Part shown: one piece after another, positions 13,719 through 29,122 of the stretch
How the letters are laid out: every line of letters begins with the position of its first letter
How positions within the stretch are numbered: the first letter of the stretch is position 1
Assembly (NCBI RefSeq): GCF_009914755.1
Contig: NC_060935.1
DNA from: the human T2T-CHM13v2.0 reference genome, Homo sapiens
Reading direction: 5' to 3' (one strand)
DNA length: 64,000 nt
Made by a program: the position numbers and the translations under genes
Notes under the pieces: model-generated
Seen by the model: only the letters and a program-made list of their open reading frames with translations
The model's database searches: none
What the model was told of the DNA's origin: nothing

Positions 13719-15699
13719 TGACACGTGGGAAATGAATAATCTCTATGGGGTGGAATAAAAAGCCTTTATATTTAGGTAATTGACAATTCACAGAAACCCT
13801 TAAAGGGAGTAATGAGAAGCCTTGAGCACAGAAGGCACCAAATGTAGGGAAATATTTTTGAAGGATTATGTGAATCCTACTCCTTTCCCTAGAGGCCAAA
13901 GTCAGATGAAACAAACCAGCATTTTGAACTCTGAGCCCTCCTCCATCTTTCAAGAGTCCTGATTTAGAACTATCAAAGGTTGGGAAATCTCTCATTCCAT
14001 TTCTTCTGTATCAGTGGACAATAAAACACCACCTTGTTTTCGAAGTTCTGCTCAGAATGAACACCGGGGTAAATTGCTGGGGATCTGCAATTAAATTGTT
14101 TATTTTGTAAAACTCAAGTAGCATTTTTACAAGTTCAGATGAAAAATTATCAGCCTTGAAATACGTATACAAAACAATTTCTGATTGAAAAAGCTTCCTA
14201 GATCACCCCTCTCTGCATTATTGGCTTTTATTGGATTTAGTATGTCTAATTGGGCATGTGGATATCAGGGCCATATTGACAAAAATAAATATCAAAAAGT
14301 ATTATGTAGAAACTGCAATAGCCTCAAAACGACACTGGTTATTATGAGAAGTCTATTAAGGAAGAAAATAGCATAGTTTTACCCCTGAGGAGTTGATCGT
14401 CTTCTTGAGGAGATGAGATTATACCTGGGAAACAAGTAGATTTGTAACAAAGGAGGCCTCAAGCAGGAGCAGCCCCCGATTTCAACATAGAGCAATGAAA
14501 GAAGGGGCCAGCATCACAGAAGCCAGTGGCCAGGTCTTTGTCAACTTAGGAGCTGCAGTGCAACAGCAGAGCAGAGTGGCACAATTGATGGTCTTCGCAC
14601 TGACCACAGGGCCTGGGACAGCTGTAGAGGGGCTGTCTAGCAGCCTGGAGACAAGAAGGAGAATGAGAGTCATGGAAGAGAAGAGTCTGACAGGGTCTAG
14701 AAATAAGGTTAGCAATCTGGGTTGGTGAATCTAAACTTCATGGGAGAGATGGCTGAGAAGGAAAATCCTAAAGACTAATCCAGCCTCCATTTTACTTTTA
14801 TTTCCCCTTCTTCTCTAAAATTGATGTTTCTGTCCCGTTTTCTCTTTTAAAAGATAAAAGAAATGTCTCAAAAATGTAGCCTTCATTGAACATCAGCCAG
14901 CATTCTCATAGCAAATATATTAATGTCTTTGTCCAAACAGACGAGCAGAAGTGTTTGAAATCGCTGAATATATCACTAATTATTTTCAATTATTGCCAAA
15001 ACAGGAAAGGGAAAGAAAATGTCTCATTTGTGGCCATCCCATACTCATTTGTGACCTAATCATAAAGTCTCTACCCAAAGCACAGTGATTAGTTAGGGTT
15101 AGTACGGTAAAGCCAGGGTCTGCTGGAATGAGAAGCCCTGGAGCTGCTTGCGCAGTCTTGCTGGTGCCTTCCTTGCCTTGTACGGTCAGCACCGGCATGT
15201 GCACTCAGCATCCAAGGTTTGCCATGAAAGACGCACGGACAGCCAGTTCTATTGCAGCATAGCCACGGACATACCTGCTGTGCCAGGCTCAGCGCTGCCT
15301 TCTCATCTCACGTGCTGGCAACTTCACAGGGCAGAGCTTCTGTCTGATGCTCTTCTTACCAGAACTACTAAGAGTTATGTTCCTGTTGAAGTTTATCAAT
15401 GCATGTTAATGGCAGTAAATATGTAAACCAACTGTTCCATATTTACCAAAACCACACATTAATCATTATGGGTCTTCAGAAAAATAAACTGATAGAAAGA
15501 TTTAAATATAGATATAGAAAAAGGGTGACTTAGCGGCAAAAACGATCAGATCATGATGAAGCATTCAGAAGATATTTCAATGGCAGATCCATCCATTCAA
15601 TGTGTAGGCTATAAATTATGTTTAATCCATTGAAGAATCACATCTAATCTCCTGTGCCTCTCTGAATCATTGTGACAACTTTCTGTTACTTTTTGTCTC

Positions 15700-15822
15700 C
15701 TCCCACGGGGCAAAAAGCTACCCAAAGGCAGGGACTTGGTCTCATTCACCTTCATGTCTTCTGCCTCTGGTAGAGAGGTAGTCTCATAAGGAACACTCAA
15801 AAACTGTTGCTGAATGAATGAG
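15700..15822 (+). mobile_element. L2 3' end fragment
   Basis: 'ggcagggacttggtctcattcacc...ctcaaaaactgttgctgaatgaatga'. Confidence 0.7.
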
Positions 15823-15947
15823 TACAGAATCTTCCCCAGAAAGAGATTATAAATTAGTACTATTGTAAGGGAGGTGACACATATTATAATATCTATAATA
15901 CAAGGTAGAAAATAATAAATTTTATAAAGGAGGTTTAAAACAAAGTA

Positions 15948-17150
<1,203 letters not shown>

Positions 17151-17199
17151 AGTGGGGATGAGTTCCGGAGGAAAGAAAGTCCTCTCAAAGGATTATTCT

Positions 17200-17800
17200 G
17201 AGATTCAAATGAGATCATCCATATAAAGGATTCAGCATCATGCCTGACAAACAGGCATCAATAGATTCTTATTCTCTGACTGGTCAAATGAGGTCACACC
17301 TCAGAGAGGAGGGAACTTTGAACTGGCCCCTGAAAGACAGATTCGAGACACGGATATGGATGGATGAGAAGAAAACTATTCAAGGCAGAAAGAAAAGTAT
17401 AAGCCAAGGCAAAGAGGCAGGATATTAAAGAATGTATACAGGGGGAATCAAATGGCCACAACCTGGCTGAATCCAACACTGTATAAAGGAACTTGGTAAG
17501 AAAGAATTTGAAAAGGCAGGTTGGGCCAATTTACAGAGGGCCTTAAATTCCAGGCTGATGAATCTGGACACAATATAACAGGCCACAGAGCAGTCTTGGT
17601 GTTTGTTAAAGAGGAAAGTAGTGCTCAGAGCTGAGTTTCCAGAAGAATAAGCTGAGGATGGCATGTAAAAGTAATGGTGGTGTGGGGGCAGGAACTCAGG
17701 AAACCACTCGGAAAGTAAGAGTATCACTGATTGTAATATTCTTGTGGTCATTTTGTGATTTTGGAAGAATTGGATGGGGGTTAAAAAGGAAGAAAGAGGA
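17200..17800. mobile_element. MIR fragment followed by an antisense L2 fragment
   Basis: 'ctgagattcaaatgagat...tgcctgaca' (MIR), then 'gaggagggaactttgaactggcccctgaaag...' (antisense L2). Confidence 0.6.
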
Positions 17801-17849
17801 AGGGTTTCAATGAAATACCTTCCCAAACCTCTTGACGAAAATAATTACT

Positions 17850-17990
17850 TGAGTCCTCATCAGTAATACAAATCCGCAGGCCTCAACCCATACCCTTGGG
17901 ATGTGAATCTCCAGCACAGTGGTCTGGGGAACTGTCTGTCTGCCAGCCCCTCAGGTTGTTCTTTCCATCAGGGAAGTCTGGGAAACACTG
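17850..17990. mobile_element. MER5-type hAT MITE
   Basis: 'aatacaaatcc..aggcctca...gaatctcc...ctcaggttgttctt...gtctgggaaacactg'. Confidence 0.6.
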
Positions 17991-18781
17991 TTTCTGAGCT
18001 ACAGAAACTGAGAACAGCTACTCTACATAACCAAGCTGAGGACAAGAGAAATACCTAGACCCCATGTTTCCAAGCTCCAGTCTTCACCACTGCTGACTTG
18101 TTTTCTCAAGCAATTCTGTGCTTCCCTAAAGAAGCAAGTATGCTCACTCACGTGGAGCCCACCACCCCCAGCCTGGTAGTGAGGGAGTGCAATCGGTTTC
18201 ATTAATAAAGCAGCCTCAGAGAGGAATTTCATTTAAAAACAGAGACAACTAACTATATTAGTTTGAAATAAGTTCTGTACTTTCTAAACTCTAAATACAA
18301 ATTCATTAGTTTTTAATTCTTTTTTAAAAATCCAGATTCCACAACTCTATGAACTGTTTAATATGAATTCCCACTACAAATTCTAGAGCAGGAATACAAG
18401 GTATTTTCTATATTTACATTTAAGCAAACAGGTGTGAAGCAAGTAAAATGTGTTCAGAATTGCTTTAGACTCTACTAATGAACTGTGAAGATTTATTTTA
18501 TGATCCGTGTCATAACGAATTCTATGGAGCACTAACAGAACCAAAAGGAAGACTTACAATTTTCAACAGTAGATATTAGATGGTTAAGACATCCCAGGAA
18601 TCCAGTGTGTTTTTAGTAGATGTTATTAACACATTGTTGAGTAGGTTACACTGTATTGAAGAGGGCTCTAGAAAACAGACAGTGGGCACAAAGCTACACT
18701 GAGGACTGCATTAGAATGTATGCTTATTATTTAAATTTCCCTGAGATAATTTATACACTATTCATTTCCAACAAAAGATCA

Positions 18782-19079
18782 AGCGAGGCGTGGTGGCTTA
18801 CGCCCTGTAATCCCAGTACTTTGGGGGGTCAAGGTGGGTGATCACCTAATGTCAGGAGTTTGAGACCAGCCTGGCCAACATGGTGAAATCCCGTCTCTAC
18901 TAAAAAGACAAAAATTAGCTGGGCATGGTGGCACATGCCTGTAACCCCAGCTACTCGGGAGGCTGAAACATGAGAATTGCTTGAACCTGGGAGACGGAGG
19001 TTGCAGTGAGTCGAAATCACATCACTGCACTCCAGACTACATGACAGAGCAAGATTCGGTTTGAAGAAAATTTTAAAAA
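18782..19079 (+). mobile_element. AluSx-type SINE
   Basis: Full dimer with a degenerate tail; AAAAGATC on both flanks (TSD). Confidence 0.93.
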
Positions 19080-19127
19080 GATCGGAAGTCATATAATATT
19101 GGTATCTTAAAAAATTTAAAGTAATTA

Positions 19128-19606
19128 CACAACTAAACTGGAGCTTAACCCACAAGGGCTCTTGGCTTTGCCCAGGAAAGAATTCAGGGGCGAGCAAGAG
19201 ATGGAAGAAAGCAGCTCTATTGAAGTGGCAGTGTTACAGCTCCGGTGGTGTTACAGCTCCATGACTGCTCCTGCAGAGCAGGGATACACCTCAGGCCGTG
19301 TGCTCAGGGTAGCAGCTCAGGGCAGTTTTGCAGTCATATTTATACCGACTTTTAATTACATGTAGATTAAGGGGTGGTTTATGCAGAAATTTCTAGGGAA
19401 ATTTCTTTTGGGTTGTTGGGTCATTGCCTTGGAAAGAGGTGGTAATTCCTGAGTGTTGCCATGGCAATGGTAAACTGACATGGCACACTGGTGGGCATGT
19501 ATTATGGAAAGCTGCTTCCTCCCAGTCCATTTTAACTAGTCCTCAATTTGGTCTGGTGTCTGAGCCCCGTCTCTGGAATCGAGTCCTGTCTCCGCCTCCT
19601 ACCCCA
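19128..19606 (-). mobile_element. ERV1 LTR (MER66-like, MER4 group)
   Basis: Reverse complement starts TGGGGTAGGAGGCGG..GGACTCGATTCCAGAGACGGGGCTCAGACACCAGACCAAATTGAGGACTAG. Contains 'ttggctttgcccaggaaagaattca'. Confidence 0.75.
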
Positions 19607-19974
19607 ACAGAGTAAGACTTTCTCAGCCTCCTGCACCACCCCACCTATTAGCCAAAGAGAGGAAATCCCTGATAACCATTACACTGCCCTATTTATGTCT
19701 TTAAGATAGAGTAAGGAGTTACAGGTACATAGTGTCTTGTATTTATTAATAACAACCATATCATTATGACAGAAAGCATGATGAGCAATAGCGAAAGTGT
19801 GTTTTTAAAAAAGCAACACCATGGATATCTGATCAAAACTTTGTTTTGTGAGCAATATAATTTAATACATGCTATTAGTATATAGTATGGGCTGTAGAAA
19901 AAATAGAATGCAGTATTTACCAATGTGCTTATGAAATCTATGGAAATTGGTATTTCTTGTTTTTCTCGGGGGTC

Positions 19975-20222
19975 AGCATGATGTCACAGAAAGTGCACAG
20001 TTATTTAGAGGCCAAAAGCCTAGATGTGTAAATCATGTTTGCCTGACTTAGCAGCTGTGTGGCCTTGTGGACCTTCCTTCAACCCCTCTCAGCTTCCATT
20101 TCTCCTCTGGAATATGGGAGTCATAACTGCTACACGGAACAGTTTTGAAAATGAAATGAGAAAACACATAAAGAACCCAGGTCAGGACATTGGCTCATAG
20201 CAGCCATTCAGTGCGTGTTGGT
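19975..20222 (+). mobile_element. MIR
   Basis: 'acttagcagctgtgtggccttg...cttcaacccctctcagcttccatttctcctctggaatatggg' core. Confidence 0.8.
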
Positions 20223-20295
20223 TTCCTTATTCCCTTCACCTTTCTGGATTAGGTCACATCCAGTGCTTCCCACATGCCAAGGCCAGTCTGAATGT

Positions 20296-20468
20296 CTGGC
20301 TCTCAAACTTTTGGGGATCCAGATGCTTTGTGCCTCTAATTAAGGTTATAGATCATCTCCCCTAACAAGTTCATGTGCATATAACATTTTGCAGGCAATT
20401 TCTCACAGACTCCCTAGTATTCACTTATGGACCCACTTGGGGTCCACAAATCCAGGTTAAGAATGCTG
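20296..20468. mobile_element. hAT-Charlie-type MITE
   Basis: 'ctctcaaactttttgggg...' to 'tggacc...ggggtccac..atccaggttaagaatgctg' termini. Confidence 0.55.
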
Positions 20469-20644
20469 GACCTAAAGAATCTTGGGACAGTAAAGGACTG
20501 TGGTGTGTATGAAAGATTTGCTCACCAACTATAAAGAAACTAGAGGTCCTAATCATCTCCAAGACACTATCTGGCAAGTTATATATTTCTGAAGCCTGAA
20601 TTGACATGTACAGGTCCATCTTGTGGCACTAGTAATAGCATTCT

Positions 20645-20704
20645 CACACACACACACATATGCATACACACACATGCACACACACATGCTCGCACACACA
20701 CACA
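20645..20704. repeat. Degenerate (CA)n microsatellite
   Basis: Directly visible. Confidence 0.9.
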
Positions 20705-21440
20705 TCAAGTATCAATTTGCGATCACTAGTTTACATGGAAACTAGGAGCTTCATTGGAATAAAAGCTTGAACAATAGCCAGTACTATGGTTCGGACATCT
20801 CAGATATTCATGATCGAGTAGGAGTCAAAGATGCAATGGAAACCACAGTGAAGAAAGGAACCGAAAAGAAAATTCACCAAGCAGAGGAAATCAGCAACAA
20901 GTCCTGGCAGGTCACAAAGAGAGAGTTTCAGGTGGTGACCTATGCTTAAAGCCTTTGTTAAATCTAGCTGTCTGGGCGGCATGTGTGATCCTGGAGAGAA
21001 AGGAGCCTATGTAACAATGGAAAGAGCTGTTCCACCAAACCCTGCAATGCCTTATGACCATGTGATCCACTGCAGTTCATCCTGCCCCAATTAAGTGCAA
21101 CACAGAAGAAAAAGCATTTTCCTTCCCCATTCCATGGAGGGGCTGATGGCAGTGGTGGCCTGGATGAATCAGGAGGGATCTGGGCATAACTGGGGACAGA
21201 GGCCCATGCAGAAAGCTGGAACCAGAGAAGGGGCACTAATTGGCATGACAGAGGACAAAATAAGAGTAACCTGGACCCACAGGCACAAGTAAGAACCCTT
21301 AAGGGATGCCCAGAATACTTGAGAGAAGGTGTTTAATATCATTAAAAGCTCAGATTGTGTCTGTGGGTGTATGTGTGTGCATGCACACACAAGGGCATGT
21401 ACATATGTATGTATATATGAAAGTTATAAGTGAGAGGTGG

Positions 21441-21846
21441 TGTCTTAGTCCATTTTGTGCTGCTGTAACAAAATATTACATATGTGGTAATTTATAAAGA
21501 AAAGAAATTTATTTCTGACAGGTCTGTAGGCTAGGAAGTGCAAGGTTGAGTGAGTGGCCTGAATCTGGTGAGGGCCTTCCTGCTGCATCATCCTGTGGTG
21601 GAAAGCAAAAGGGGAAGAGAGTGCAAAAAAACAAGAGACAGCAAGAGAAGGCTGAATTCCCCTTTATAACAAATCTACTCTTGCAATAACAAGCCCACTT
21701 CCTCAATAATAACATTAATCCATCCATAAGGGCTAATTAGGGCTAATGACTTAATCAGTTCTTAAAGCTCCCATCTCTCAACATTGTTGTGTTGGGGATT
21801 AAGTTTCCAACACATGAAATCTGGGGGGTATATTCAAACCACAGCA
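21441..21846 (-). mobile_element. MaLR solo LTR (MSTC/MSTD-like)
   Basis: 'tgtcttagtccattttgtgctgctgtaacaaaata...aattcaaaccacagca'-type termini ('tattcaaaccacagca' here). Confidence 0.88.
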
Positions 21847-22093
21847 GGTCACAAGTCCTCCCTGCTTCATAGGCTCCTTCTCTGGACCAAACCCTTCTTC
21901 CTGTTTTTATTCTTGCCTGCACACCTGGTCCAAGATGCTTAAGATAACAGGCTCTGGGGCCAGAGTGCTAGGCTTTAATCCTGACTCTACTACATAACAC
22001 GGTCACTTTAGACTATTGTTTTAACCTTTCTGTGCCTCAGTGTTTGAGTATTAATGTTAGTATAACCCTATTCACACAAACCTGCTCCTGCTC

Positions 22094-22397
22094 TTTTTTT
22101 TTTTTTTTTTTTTTTTTGAGATGGAGTCTCACTCTGTCACCCAGGCTAGGGTGCAGTGGTAAGATCTCAGCTCACTGCAACGTCCGCCTCCTGGGTTCAA
22201 GCAATTTTCCTGCCTCAGCCTCCTGAGTAGCTGGGACTACAGGCACGCACCACTACACCCAGCTAATTTTTGTATTTTTAGTAGAGATAGGGTTTCACCA
22301 TGTTGGCCAGGATGGTCTCACTCTCCTGACCTCGTGATCAGCCCGTCTTAGCCTCCAAAAGTGCTGGGATTACAGGTGTGAGCCACCGCGCCCAGCC
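22094..22397 (-). mobile_element. AluSc/Sg-type SINE
   Basis: Full dimer, 24-T tail, 'ggccaggatggtctc...ctcgtgatc'. TSD approximately acaaa(c/t)ctgct. Confidence 0.95.
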
Positions 22398-22473
22398 ACA
22401 AATCTGCTTTTAATATTTAGGGGCATTCTAGCAATATATACAAGGGAAAATGTTCACTGCTGTATTACAGGTG

Positions 22474-22889
22474 TGATACAGTTTGGATGTTTTCCCCTTT
22501 AAATCTCATGTTAAATTGTGATCCCCAGTGTTGGAGGTGGGACCTGGCGGGAGGTGATTTGCTCATGGGGCAGATTTCTCATGAATGATTTAGCACCATC
22601 CTCTTGGCACTGTCCTCAAGATAGCGAGTTGAGTTCTGGAGATCTGGCTGTTTAAAAGTGTGTGACCCCTCCCCGCCCCCTCTCTTGCTGTCTGTCTTGC
22701 CATGTGAGATGTCTGCTGCCCCTTTGCCTTCTGTCATGACTGTAAGCTTCCTGAGGCCCCCCCAGGAGCTGATACTGGTGCTATGCTTCCAGTACATCCT
22801 GCAGAACCATGAGCCAATTAAACCTCTTTTCTTATAAACTGCCCAGCCTCAGGTATTCCTTTATAGCAATGCAAGAACAACCTAACGTA
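22474..22889 (+). mobile_element. MSTB-type solo LTR
   Basis: 'tgatacagtttggatg...aaatctcatgtt...gcagaaccatgagccaattaaacctcttttc...caggtattcctttatagcaatgcaagaac'. Confidence 0.92.
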
Positions 22890-23019
22890 AGGCGCCCAAA
22901 TCATTTTCTCCATGAATTAATCCCTCTCATCCTCTACTCATCCCAAGTGCCCTTTCTCAGAGAGTCTGCATCAAGAATTCCTATCGAGTAGTCAGTGAGC
23001 AGGGCAGTTATACCCATCT

Positions 23020-23392
23020 GTTTAGCCACAGCTAACTGAACCAAGAGTGGACACCTAGCCCAAGCATCAGATCCCCTTCCACCATTCTGAATGGAGATCC
23101 AGAGAGCTGGGTCAGAATGTGAACATGCACCTAGAATGATTTAAAGCTACAGTCAGGTCAAGTAAATGCAAAGAAGAAAGGGTCATTTTGAGAAAAAATA
23201 TAGACAATAATTAGACAGAGAGAGGAGCAGAAATGTGAGACCACACAGCTCATAAGAGGGAGAGGGGAGAGGAAGCCCAGCAGCATTTCTTACCCTTGGT
23301 TCCATGAGGGACTTCTATATCCACCTCCTCTCAGATCTTAAGTTTGCTGGAGTGGCTTTCAGGTACTTGGCACCAAACAATTCTAACACAAG
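23020..23392 (+). mobile_element. Old LTR remnant (MLT1/LTR16-like)
   Basis: 'ggacacctagcccaagc...cttaagtttgctggagtggctttc.ggtacttggcaccaaa...ctaacaca' LTR-like 3' end. Confidence 0.45.
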
Positions 23393-23917
23393 TGTTATCC
23401 AAAGGAGTTTAGATAGGTTAGGTACCTAAGTGTCATCCTTGTACAAATGTGGCTGCCACAGACAAGACCAGAAGCCAGATCATGCCAATTTCTGCATAGC
23501 AGAAGGTATGGAGTTCCTGATTGCCTCAGGGGGAAGTAGGTAAAAATAATAATATTCTCTCATTCAGGCTGAAAGGGTTCTGAGTTTTCTTTGATGTAAC
23601 TACATCATTGGACCAAATTATCTACCAAATTCTTCCATTAGATTCATATTTTAAAGTTATCTTTTAATTATCTATTTAAAAGTGCATTATAAATAGCTAT
23701 GCAAAAATTACCACATTTCAGAATTCTTCATCTAAATTTAGCTTTAGGCTAAGAAAAACCACATTATCCTTAAATGAGAAAAAAATATAAAGGCAATTGT
23801 GATGACACATTGTTCCTGTTTTGGCTTGTTCCGGTAACATTTCAAACTGTTACTAGAAATAACGAGATTTTTTTTCAAACCTATGTGTTCTCTTTACCAT
23901 CTCTACTTGTATGGGAG

Positions 23918-24085
23918 GTATGTGTGTGCACGTGTACTATGTGAATGTGTGTATATGGACATGAGTGTATATGGATCAGAGTGTGTATATGTAAGTATAT
24001 ACATTTGTGTAAATGTATGTACGTGTGTATGAGTGTGTGTACCTATGTGTGTGCACATGCATGTGAGTGTGTGTACATGCGTGCA
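23918..24085. repeat. Degenerate (TG/TA)-rich low-complexity tract
   Basis: Directly visible. Source of the H/T-rich ORF 23903..24142. Confidence 0.85.
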
Positions 24086-24184
24086 GTGGGTAATAGTGAG
24101 CAATAACAAAGCCTCCCTACTTCTTAGGCTCCGCTGGTCCAAACCCTTCTCAGTCTCATTCTTGCCTGCACCTCTAGTCCAAGA

Positions 24185-24400
24185 TGCTTAAAAGAACAGG
24201 TTCTGGGGCCAGAGTGCTGGGTTCTAATCCTGGCTCTGCCGCATAGTGCTATATGACTTTAGCCTTCAGTTTTCTCATCTGTAAAAAGAGGTTAATTAGC
24301 GTACCCATATAATAATTTTGTAAAGGTTAAATGAATAGATATAAAACTCTTAGAACCATGCTTAATACTGAATAAATATGCAAAAATATTAAGCCCTATT
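24185..24400 (+). mobile_element. MIR
   Basis: 'tctggggccagagtgctgggttctaatcctggctctgcc...cttcagttttctcatctgtaaaa...ttaaatgaat'. Confidence 0.85.
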
Positions 24401-24984
24401 AGAATTAATCATGTCCCTTAATTATAAGAAAAGCAGTTTCTTTTTTTATTGAACCCCAGATCCACCCCTCAATTTCAGATTGAGACTGTTCTGCTTATTG
24501 GTGAATCCCTGACTCAGTAACCCCAGAGTGTAACATAAGATTTTCTGGTATTAAGTTTAGCTATAAGGATCTGTTAGCCTCTAGGGAGGCATCACCTCAG
24601 GGCTATCTCACTTTTAAGATTTTACAACCTGGCTCCCACCTTTCATAGGCCCCAGAATTGCAGAATATCTCTCTTTTTTCTCAAGAGGTCCATCTTCTCC
24701 ATTCCTAACTGCCACTCCCCACCACACGCGTGCGCGCACACACACACACCCCCATGAACTTCTTCACATCTTCACCATCCTAAAGATCTTTCTCTCGCCT
24801 AGAAAACACGTCTGCTTCTACAAGGAATAAGCATGCACTTTTAAAGTCCTTGTTCAAATTACACAACCTTCTCTAGTACACCCTCTCTTTTGCTAATCCC
24901 GGTATACACAGAGGGTCCTATTTATATTTTACCATAACCACAACTACTACCTTGGGTTATATTTCAGTTGTGTGTGTGTGTTTG

Positions 24985-25464
24985 TGTAGGAAAAGTTAAA
25001 TATTAAATTTGAACTCAATTGAACGAGAACACAAACAATGGTCACCAAGTCCCGGAAGAGGTTGTGTGAGCCCCTTTAGGCATTCATCCAGTGCTGTTTT
25101 GGAGAAATCTCTATTTCAATCTATTCCTATATGTTAGTTATTGAAAAACAATAGACAATCGCAAAAACAAGTTGACCTTTTTGTGTTCCTTGAGCCCAGT
25201 CGCGAAGGGCCCTCATGACTGGGCCTCATGTCAAACAACTTGTTACAAAAAGACCTAGGGTCCCAGTCTGTGCCAATGTTTCATGAGACCTCTCCTCATC
25301 TGTGCATGGATGAGTGACTGACTCTGGAGCCCAGGCTGTTGCTTCCTGGTCTGGTGGTGAATCCTCCATAGTCTGGTGGGTATATATATATATACACACA
25401 TATATATATATATGTGTATATATATATACACATATATATATATGTGTGTATATATATATACATA

Positions 25465-25496
<32 letters not shown>

Positions 25497-25673
25497 ATCT
25501 TTTCCCTTCTCCACTTCCCATTGCAATTGGCTTATTATATCAATTTGCTTATTATATCATTTGCTTATTATATCTGCATTGCCATTTACATGTGATAAAG
25601 GTTGCTTACCCTTAAAGGTATTGTGTGTGTGTGTGTCTTTTCTTCTCCCCTCGCATGCTTCCTGCACAGAGCA
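24985..25673 (+). mobile_element. ERV1 solo LTR (LTR10 family, LTR10C-like) with an internal expanded (TA)n
   Basis: TG...CA ends, 'tgtaggaaaagttaaatattaaatttgaactcaattg...cctgcacagagca'. Flanks GTTTG / GTGTG form a 5-bp TSD with 1 mismatch. Confidence 0.8.
25381..25496. repeat. Compound (TA)n/(TG)/(CA) microsatellite
   Basis: Directly visible. Source of the I/Y-rich ORFs. Confidence 0.97.
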
Positions 25674-25717
25674 GTGTGTATGTAGGGCATTTCACAGAAC
25701 AAAAGCCTATATTTTTT

Positions 25718-25800
25718 ATATACATATACATATACATATATATATATATTTTTTTTTTTTCTCTCTCTGTGTGTGTGTGTGTGTATACACACACATATAT
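25718..25800. repeat. Compound microsatellite (TA-rich, Tn, CT, TG, CA)
   Basis: Directly visible. Confidence 0.9.
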
Positions 25801-25877
25801 CTCCTGTGTTGATGTCAACCAGGTCTCAGGAATCCAGTGAGTTTGAGGTAGGGTCAGTCATTAAATGCATTGGTGTT

Positions 25878-26330
<453 letters not shown>

Positions 26331-26632
26331 CTAGATACTAGTAAGAAATTGGTGTACATGGCTCCTGCATTCTCCCCACCTTGGTGGCAATGACTGGAGA
26401 CAACAGCTAAAACAATATCGAAATCAGTGATAGTTCAGGCCACACAGGAGGCTCAGTTTCATCCTGGAGATTAGGAAGTAAGTCCTAATGGAGTGACAAT
26501 GATACATCACTAATGCAAAGACCTCTAGTGGTCCCTTATAAACTTGTTTGATTCTCTTTAAGGGCTGTGAAATAAAAAAAATCAAGTGATTTTGCTAGAG
26601 AACTGTGTTTCAGAATACCATGAATATTACTG

Positions 26633-29122
<2,490 letters not shown>

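Noticed and set aside
14482-14728. Overlapping 77-aa ORFs on both strands
   Set aside because: No homology recognised, and the length is within chance for this GC content.
20767-20949. Natural-looking 60-aa ORF
   Set aside because: Purine-rich sequence resembling antisense L2, TTG start, no splice context.
25255-25840. Several I/Y/H/T-rich ORFs
   Set aside because: They are translations of microsatellites.
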